In this document: piece by piece, positions 58,249-64,000 of the stretch
How positions within the stretch are numbered: the first letter of the stretch is position 1
How the letters are laid out: every line of letters begins with the position of its first letter
Assembly (NCBI GenBank): GCA_965223335.1
Contig: OZ244991.1
Span: forward strand, 2,144,001 to 2,208,000
Length of the DNA: 64,000 nucleotides
DNA from: Thermodesulfobacteriota bacterium
GTDB lineage: Bacteria; Desulfobacterota_D; UBA1144; Nemesobacterales; UBA2774
Direction of reading: 5' to 3'
Translations under genes and position numbers: made by a program
The notes under the pieces: model-generated
Database searches by the model: none
Told to the model about the DNA's origin: nothing
What the model saw: only the letters and a program-made list of their open reading frames with translations

Positions 58249-58983
58249 ATGAGGATATTTCCCAGAGTTAACAGTTTTGTATCGATCTTAACAGTTTTTA
58301 TAATTGCTGTGGCAGTTCTAAGTTTTGGGTGTATGGCAAACAAACCTGAGCGCAAGCAACAAGTGATGACTGAGGAGCATAGAGCCACGCTGAGTGCAGA
58401 GGATGTGATAGGTGCGCTCAAGGAAGGCAACCAGAATTTCGCCGGTGGTGACTGGACAGATTGGGACTTTCGTCATCAACAGATGAAAACAGCGTCTGGA
58501 CAGTATCCCGGAGCAGTAGTGCTTAGCTGTATTGATTCAAGAGCTCCTGCGGAGATCATCTTAAACCAGGGTATCGGCGATATATTCAACGCCAGGGTCG
58601 CGGGAAATGTATTAAACTCTGATATCACAGGCAGTATGGAATTTGCATGTGCTGCAGCCGGATCAAAAGTCATATTAGTAATGGGCCACACGAGCTGCGG
58701 TGCCGTGAAAGGAGCTATAGACAAGGTAGAGATGGGTAACCTCACAGGTTTGCTGGCCAAAATAAAGCCCGCTATGGATGCTGTAGGGGATTCCGCGGGT
58801 GAGCGTAGCTCAAAGAACAGAGCTTATGTGGACGCCGTAACAAAAATGAACGTGTTGCTTGCTGTCGATGAAATACGCAACACAAGCCCCATCTTAAAGA
58901 AGATGGAAGAGGACGGCACAATAAAAATAGTAGGGGCAATGTATGATCTGGATACGGGGAAGGTGGAGTTCTACGATCAGTAG
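58249..58983 (+). CDS. Beta-class carbonic anhydrase, probably a lipoprotein
   Basis: SCIDSR, RVAGN, GHTSCGAV; lipobox SFGC. Confidence 0.95.
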   Translation: MRIFPRVNSFVSILTVFIIAVAVLSFGCMANKPERKQQVMTEEHRATLSAEDVIGALKEGNQNFAGGDWTDWDFRHQQMKTASGQYPGAVVLSCIDSRAPAEIILNQGIGDIFNARVAGNVLNSDITGSMEFACAAAGSKVILVMGHTSCGAVKGAIDKVEMGNLTGLLAKIKPAMDAVGDSAGERSSKNRAYVDAVTKMNVLLAVDEIRNTSPILKKMEEDGTIKIVGAMYDLDTGKVEFYDQ

Positions 58984-59041
58984 TGACGTGCTGTTTAACT
59001 AATTCTAAAGCAACAAGTGAATATTACTATGATTTCCAGAT

Positions 59042-59078
59042 AAGGGGGCTGGCTCTAGCCGCTTGCCCCCTTCCCTTT
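59042..59078. terminator. Hairpin between convergent genes
   Basis: AAGGGGGC...GCCCCCTT followed by a T-rich tail. Confidence 0.6.
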
Positions 59079-62000
59079 TTATTGATCCAAAATTTCAGAA
59101 GCGCTTGTGATATAGAACTTCCAGTCCTTTATGACCTGTCGGCCGTCCGAGTCCACAGTGTCGTTTAGGTTTGTGTGGCTCGTAAGGTAATAGAGTCTCT
59201 TTATCTCGTCGCTCTCGGCTGGGCCCACGTTGGCGTCGCGAAAACGTTGTTGCAGGTAAAACGGCGGGATGGACTGATTATAGAGCGTGACCTCTACCGA
59301 ATGTGCCGCTGAGAGGTCCTGGGGTGTGAGTGCGGCTATGTACTCTACGATGTCAGAGCCCGTGAGCTCGGGGTCGGTGTAATGGGGGTCGAACTCGGCT
59401 TGGCCGTGTACCTCGGCAAGCGCCTGTATAAAGGGCGATTCAAAGCTGAGGAAAAGTGCGGGGTTATAGCCCCTGGGTCTAAGCCTGTTGTCCTTTACCT
59501 CGTCCACACGCCTTAGAAAGCTTGTGGTCAGGATGCCGTCCGAGTCTTTAATAAGCTCTTGGTAGATCTGTACCTGATTTTCCTCGGTAATCACCTGGTA
59601 GTGGGGTTGGAACGGAGCCTCGGGGAAATTAACCGGCTCTTCGCTCGGGAGGATTTCATTAGTGGTGCCGTCTAAGATTGCGCCGAGCTCGTTTGTACGT
59701 CCCGATGCCCAAAGTGCATTGCCCGCCTTGTCCTTGACTACAAACTCTAGGAACACGCGCCTGAACCCCACACCCGAGGGCAGGTAGTGCCCGACAAGGT
59801 TTCGGACCTGGACCACAGCATGTACCTCGCCTGCGGGGGTGACCTCGAGGTCGGTGATCTCCACTGTAGCAGTTTCGTTCTGGGCCATCTCGATCATCGA
59901 GTTCTGTCCCGTAATAAGCGAGGGTACAGTAGCCGTGCCTGTCATAAAATCGATCTGGCGGAATCCGAGTATGATGGGGAACTGCTGGAAGAACTGGTTA
60001 ATAAATATATTTAGTCCGTGTAGTGAATGTCTTGCGTACCTGTCCCTATCGGTAAGTGTAATCTCGGGGTCGGGGAGCCTGTGGGTCGTGGGCGCAAACT
60101 CGTCCGACTCTATGTTTGCGATCTTAAAGCTCAGGTCCCGGCCGTGATATGTAGTGGGCATGTGGCAGTCGTTACACGACAGGAAGTCGGGGCTGCCGGG
60201 GGCGAAGTCGCTGTTTACCCACTCGAGGTGAGTGGTCTGCTCGTAGCTAGCTCCGAGTTGGTTACCCTCGTTATCGAATATGGGCAGGAGTATGTTGTGG
60301 CACGAGCCGCAGAGGTCCGAGCTAAAGGCGTCTGAGCTTACAAAGTAGTCTCGGAACTTGGGTGTAATCCCCAGTGCATGCTCCATGGGTTTTGGCACAA
60401 TAGTTATATCCTCATATGGTCCATAGAGTTCGCTTGGGGGGCCTGTGACAAAATTGCCGGTGTAGCTGTTCTCGTCTCCAAGTGCGGTGTCTGAAATGTG
60501 GTGGCACACTGTGCACGATATGCCGTCACGCGCAAGCGCACCGTAATTGGCATCTGTATTGTCCGGGGCACCAGGCCATTTAGTAACCGTATCCAATGAA
60601 AATGCTTTACCGAAAGGCACCTCGGGTGGCGGGGTTACAGCAAAAATATCCTTGCAGTTGTCCACATCCTGGCCCGGGGTGTCGATGGCGAGCTGTCGCT
60701 GGCCCATGACACCATGGCAGTGCAGACACGTGGTCTCTATACAGGTGATGAGTTCGGGCAGATGGTTGGTTTCGCTCTCAAGCTGGGAAAAGAATATGGG
60801 GTCGCGGCCCGCAAGCCCCATGGGCGAGGCTTTCCACTCTCCATAGGGCGAGAGATTTATTAGTTCTGTGGCGCCGTTTACTTGCTCTTGAAATATCATA
60901 TTGGGGAGAGAGGAGTTTGAGTACGTAGCGTCGTGGCACCCTATGCACTGGTCAGAGGTAAGGAACTCGTCGGGGCCAGTGGGCAGTGAGACCTTGTGAT
61001 CGTAGGTTTCTGCGGGCAGTCTAAGCTCCCAGACCTCGGCGAAGCTCACGGGGGGGATCTGGTCGTAAAACTCTATGAACTGCTCTGTGGGCGCCGAAAG
61101 GGGGGTAGTAAACGGCGAGTCATAGTTCTCGGGCCCGTGGGTTCTCGTTACGGAGTCATTATTAGCACGTGTAATAAGCGATATGAGACCCGGCAGGTGT
61201 GCTATGCCGTCCTCGAGTTCATCGGGAACATCTGTGCCCTGCCCCTGTGGGTCGAACTGTTTGTACTCGATGCCTTGTGTAATGAGGTTATCGAGCGAGC
61301 TGTATGTGCTCTCGCTTTCGGCAGAGGCGTGGCAGTTTATGCAGTAGTTGCCGTACTGGTTATACAGGGGGACGATGTCGGGGATCTTGTTGGGGCTTGA
61401 AAACACGTAACCCGTGGGGTACCAGAGCGGGTTTGGAAAATCGGGTGAGGGCTCGGGGCCCAGGAAAGACTCGGTGGTGGTACCCGACCGGTCGAATACT
61501 GGCGGGTTGCCTATCTCCCATTCCATTACCGGGGGTACGGGAACCACAGCGTAGTTGCCCCAGTACCATCCGTCGTGGGACTGCCCGCTGCGTTTTACCA
61601 TGATGGTCCAAGAGTCGGGCAAAACGTTGTTGTTAATCACCATGCATCCCTGACCGTTTAGCGTGATGTTCAATTCCGGGTTTATGGAGTGCATCTCTTT
61701 TATGATCATTGCACCGTCGGGTATCTGTCCCACCCGGCCGTTGCATAGCCACTGGACGACCTCGGGCGAGTAGTAGATCTTTACCGCGGGGTGAGTGCCG
61801 AAGCTCTGGCCCTGTCCTATGGGGCCCACGTAGGGGCCGGTAAGCCGCCAGTTGAGGTCACGGTTCCATCCTAGCACTGTGGCGTAGTCACGGTTCCTTA
61901 GGAATTCGCGAAATTCAATATCGTAAATATTCTTTTCGATGAAATTAGATAGGGGTGGGGGGTTTTGTAAAAACGCGGGAGCCGGTGTGCCCGAGCCTGC

Positions 62001-62192
62001 ATTGGCAAAGCAAAATTGTTCAATTTGTGTCTGAGTTGCAGGCGCAAGAGAGTCGTCGCATACCCAGTCGTTAGGGTCAGGGGGCAGAGGGCCTCTATTG
62101 TCAGGCTTGTTTGACTGGTTACAACCAACAGTAAACACAAGAAAAAACATAAATACCGCTAAACCTGCTGCAAATTGTCTCATCCGCATCAT
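59079..62192 (-). CDS. Lipoprotein: cytochrome P460 domain fused to a multiheme cytochrome c region (six CxxCH in total)
   Basis: Lipobox TVGC; P460-type DGAMIIKE, MVK...DGWYW and CINCH; then CIGCH, CLHCH, CTVCH, CGSCH, CNDCH. Confidence 0.85.
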   Translation of the reverse strand: MMRMRQFAAGLAVFMFFLVFTVGCNQSNKPDNRGPLPPDPNDWVCDDSLAPATQTQIEQFCFANAGSGTPAPAFLQNPPPLSNFIEKNIYDIEFREFLRNRDYATVLGWNRDLNWRLTGPYVGPIGQGQSFGTHPAVKIYYSPEVVQWLCNGRVGQIPDGAMIIKEMHSINPELNITLNGQGCMVINNNVLPDSWTIMVKRSGQSHDGWYWGNYAVVPVPPVMEWEIGNPPVFDRSGTTTESFLGPEPSPDFPNPLWYPTGYVFSSPNKIPDIVPLYNQYGNYCINCHASAESESTYSSLDNLITQGIEYKQFDPQGQGTDVPDELEDGIAHLPGLISLITRANNDSVTRTHGPENYDSPFTTPLSAPTEQFIEFYDQIPPVSFAEVWELRLPAETYDHKVSLPTGPDEFLTSDQCIGCHDATYSNSSLPNMIFQEQVNGATELINLSPYGEWKASPMGLAGRDPIFFSQLESETNHLPELITCIETTCLHCHGVMGQRQLAIDTPGQDVDNCKDIFAVTPPPEVPFGKAFSLDTVTKWPGAPDNTDANYGALARDGISCTVCHHISDTALGDENSYTGNFVTGPPSELYGPYEDITIVPKPMEHALGITPKFRDYFVSSDAFSSDLCGSCHNILLPIFDNEGNQLGASYEQTTHLEWVNSDFAPGSPDFLSCNDCHMPTTYHGRDLSFKIANIESDEFAPTTHRLPDPEITLTDRDRYARHSLHGLNIFINQFFQQFPIILGFRQIDFMTGTATVPSLITGQNSMIEMAQNETATVEITDLEVTPAGEVHAVVQVRNLVGHYLPSGVGFRRVFLEFVVKDKAGNALWASGRTNELGAILDGTTNEILPSEEPVNFPEAPFQPHYQVITEENQVQIYQELIKDSDGILTTSFLRRVDEVKDNRLRPRGYNPALFLSFESPFIQALAEVHGQAEFDPHYTDPELTGSDIVEYIAALTPQDLSAAHSVEVTLYNQSIPPFYLQQRFRDANVGPAESDEIKRLYYLTSHTNLNDTVDSDGRQVIKDWKFYITSASEILDQ

Positions 62193-62285
62193 CCTGTTTT
62201 GCTGAATTTATATATTTATTAATGTGCAATATTGATGCCACTTGTTAGCAGCCAAAAGACGTCGTATCTCTGAAATATACTGCTT

Positions 62286-63272
62286 TTACGTGCCCTTGTT
62301 AAGGGGGCCAATCGCAACACGCTCAAGCGAGGAAATAAAGTTCTTTCTAAAAGAGGCGGTTTTGCTTGTGGCTTCGTTGACTGCGAGGGACCCAAGCCCG
62401 GTCACAAAGTAGATGTCCACGAGTGAGCGCCAGGGTATCCGCGGTTTGCCGCACATGTACACAGGCTGCCAGACAGGATGGAATTTGTTTTTGAACTCAT
62501 AAAGGCCCCGGCTCTTAAAACCGAACCCCAGTACTCGCCCAAGTAGCGCCAAAGAAACCTCTTTAACCGAGTTATTGTGAGTAGAGGTGTTAACAAACGG
62601 GACCTCGCCCAGGCTTAGCTCCCCTACCCCTTCGTACTCGGCGGTTTTGATGACGTGTGTAAACAGCGCCTCCATCACACCCACACGCGCACGGCGGTGT
62701 CTTAGAATGAGCTCTGTGTGCACCCGCGAGGGTTCGGGACTGGATGTGGTCACAGCACCCAGCCACTTGCCCGAGTCGTGCTCGAGTACAAAACAGCGCA
62801 AATGAATGCTGTAGTCGGTATCGTAGAGATGTTTTAGTGCGGGTTTTTTGGCCCTGGGTGTGTTATCCAGGAGTTTTTGAAGTTTTTGTCTGCTGTGCTC
62901 TGAGTACTCGATCTCTTTTACCGTGCCCTGGGCATTGCCTCTGGCCGAAAGAGCGGATAATGAGCGGCTGGGCAAAAACCCCTTTTGGAGGTCTATCACG
63001 GCCTCAGAGCCCGTGCGGAGCTTTTTAAACCCTCTATGCCCGAGCCACTTTGCACTGGCGGCAGAGAGCCCCCTTATCAGGTAGCGCGTGCCCAGAGTGT
63101 CATCCAGCCTCTCAATAATGTCGCCCAGAGTGGCTGAGTCGGGCACAGTGCCGAGCGTGACCCAGTGGTAACGCGACCTGGGCAGCTTTACAATGTTTAG
63201 TTGCGGAGTTTTTGCACCGGACCGCTTCCAGCTAAGCGGTAGTGGGTCTTTTAAAAGTGGGGGTTGGCTCAA
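62286..63272 (-). CDS. Stand-alone DUF2156 (MprF C-terminal / aminoacyl-PG synthase-like) domain protein
   Basis: GSEAVIDL, GVMEALF, LSLGEVPF, GLYEFKNKFHPVWQPVY; TTG start overlaps the upstream stop. Confidence 0.8.
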   Translation of the reverse strand: MSQPPLLKDPLPLSWKRSGAKTPQLNIVKLPRSRYHWVTLGTVPDSATLGDIIERLDDTLGTRYLIRGLSAASAKWLGHRGFKKLRTGSEAVIDLQKGFLPSRSLSALSARGNAQGTVKEIEYSEHSRQKLQKLLDNTPRAKKPALKHLYDTDYSIHLRCFVLEHDSGKWLGAVTTSSPEPSRVHTELILRHRRARVGVMEALFTHVIKTAEYEGVGELSLGEVPFVNTSTHNNSVKEVSLALLGRVLGFGFKSRGLYEFKNKFHPVWQPVYMCGKPRIPWRSLVDIYFVTGLGSLAVNEATSKTASFRKNFISSLERVAIGPLNKGT

Positions 63273-63595
63273 TCCAGTTCTTTTGCACATTCAATGCAGC
63301 GGTCTGTAAACGGCAGTGCCAGAAGCCTTGCGGGACGGATCTCACCGTCGCAGATCACACACTTGCCGAACTCGTTTTCATCCACCCTTCTAAGCGCTTT
63401 TCTGACCTGCTCGAGCTCTGATCTCACACTCTGCTCAAGCGCCTCGACAACCTCTTCGTTCTCGCGCTCGATTGCCTGTTCCTCGGAGTCCTTGGCGTGT
63501 GTTTTTCGTAGAGAAGACTCGATGCGTGCAAGCCTCTCTTCGAGCTCATTACGCTTTACAATTAGTCCCTCAATAATCTCTTCATAACCGACCAT
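63269..63595 (-). CDS. TraR/DksA C4 zinc-finger protein
   Basis: DSEEQA, FGKCVICDGEIRPARLLALPFTDRCIEC. Confidence 0.93.
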   Translation of the reverse strand: MVGYEEIIEGLIVKRNELEERLARIESSLRKTHAKDSEEQAIERENEEVVEALEQSVRSELEQVRKALRRVDENEFGKCVICDGEIRPARLLALPFTDRCIECAKELD

Positions 63596-63847
63596 ATCTT
63601 ACCCCATTAATTAATATGACAATACACATAAAGCGAACAATAAGAATCTTACCCAAACTCATAATCAAATCAATACAGCGAGCCGGAACTATAACGACCT
63701 TATACGCTTTTTAGTGAGAGTGATAGTTCTCATGTGATTGTGGAGTGTTGAAAGTTGTTTCCAAAAACCGGCCGCATACAGGGCAATTGAACTCGCAAAG
63801 AAATAGGGGATAATTGTACTAGAACCAAAGCCGGGGAGGATGTTAGC

Positions 63848-64000
63848 ATGAGGAACGTATTTTTGTTTGTTTCAATATTTTTGGCCGCACTAGTGTCTGT
63901 ATCGTGTAATCAACAAAAAAATAAGAGCTACGACAACCCCTTTTCTTTCTGCGAGGCCAAGGGTACGGTGGACGGCCCTAGTGAGTCGTACACAGGCAAG
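63848..64000 (+). CDS. Lipoprotein, partial (runs off the window)
   Basis: GGGGAGGA RBS; MRNVFLFVSIFLAALVSVSCNQQ...; open to the window end. Confidence 0.75.
   Translation, partial: MRNVFLFVSIFLAALVSVSCNQQKNKSYDNPFSFCEAKGTVDGPSESYTGK

Overview
Bacterial chromosomal window. Gene content and style tentatively suggest a Desulfobacterota-like lineage such as Ca. Dadabacteria; this is inference only. The left end (1-4881, minus strand) is a >=1627-aa exported RHS/YD-repeat protein that the ORF track missed because it runs off the window. Its layout is teneurin-like, with a LamG domain where the NHL propeller would sit. Next come a cytochrome b/membrane-LuxR pair, a formylglycine-generating enzyme (FGE) - pentameric ligand-gated channel (pLGIC) - sulfatase - HAD operon, three TPR paralogues and an AT-rich island of exported proteins (about 21-26 kb). 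The middle holds housekeeping genes (apt, aroB, trmB, tRNA-Ser(GGA), SRP RNA, dnaX-ybaB-recR, gloA, rarA, a three-gene pnt transhydrogenase, mepA). Small regulator operons and a 1037-aa lipoprotein fusing a cytochrome P460 domain to five more c-heme motifs lie towards the right end. The most striking unexplained signal is a promoter plus a ~105-nt ungapped conserved 5' leader with complementary ends, shared by the RHS gene and the unrelated sulfatase/pLGIC operon. No CRISPR array, integrase or transposase was seen.
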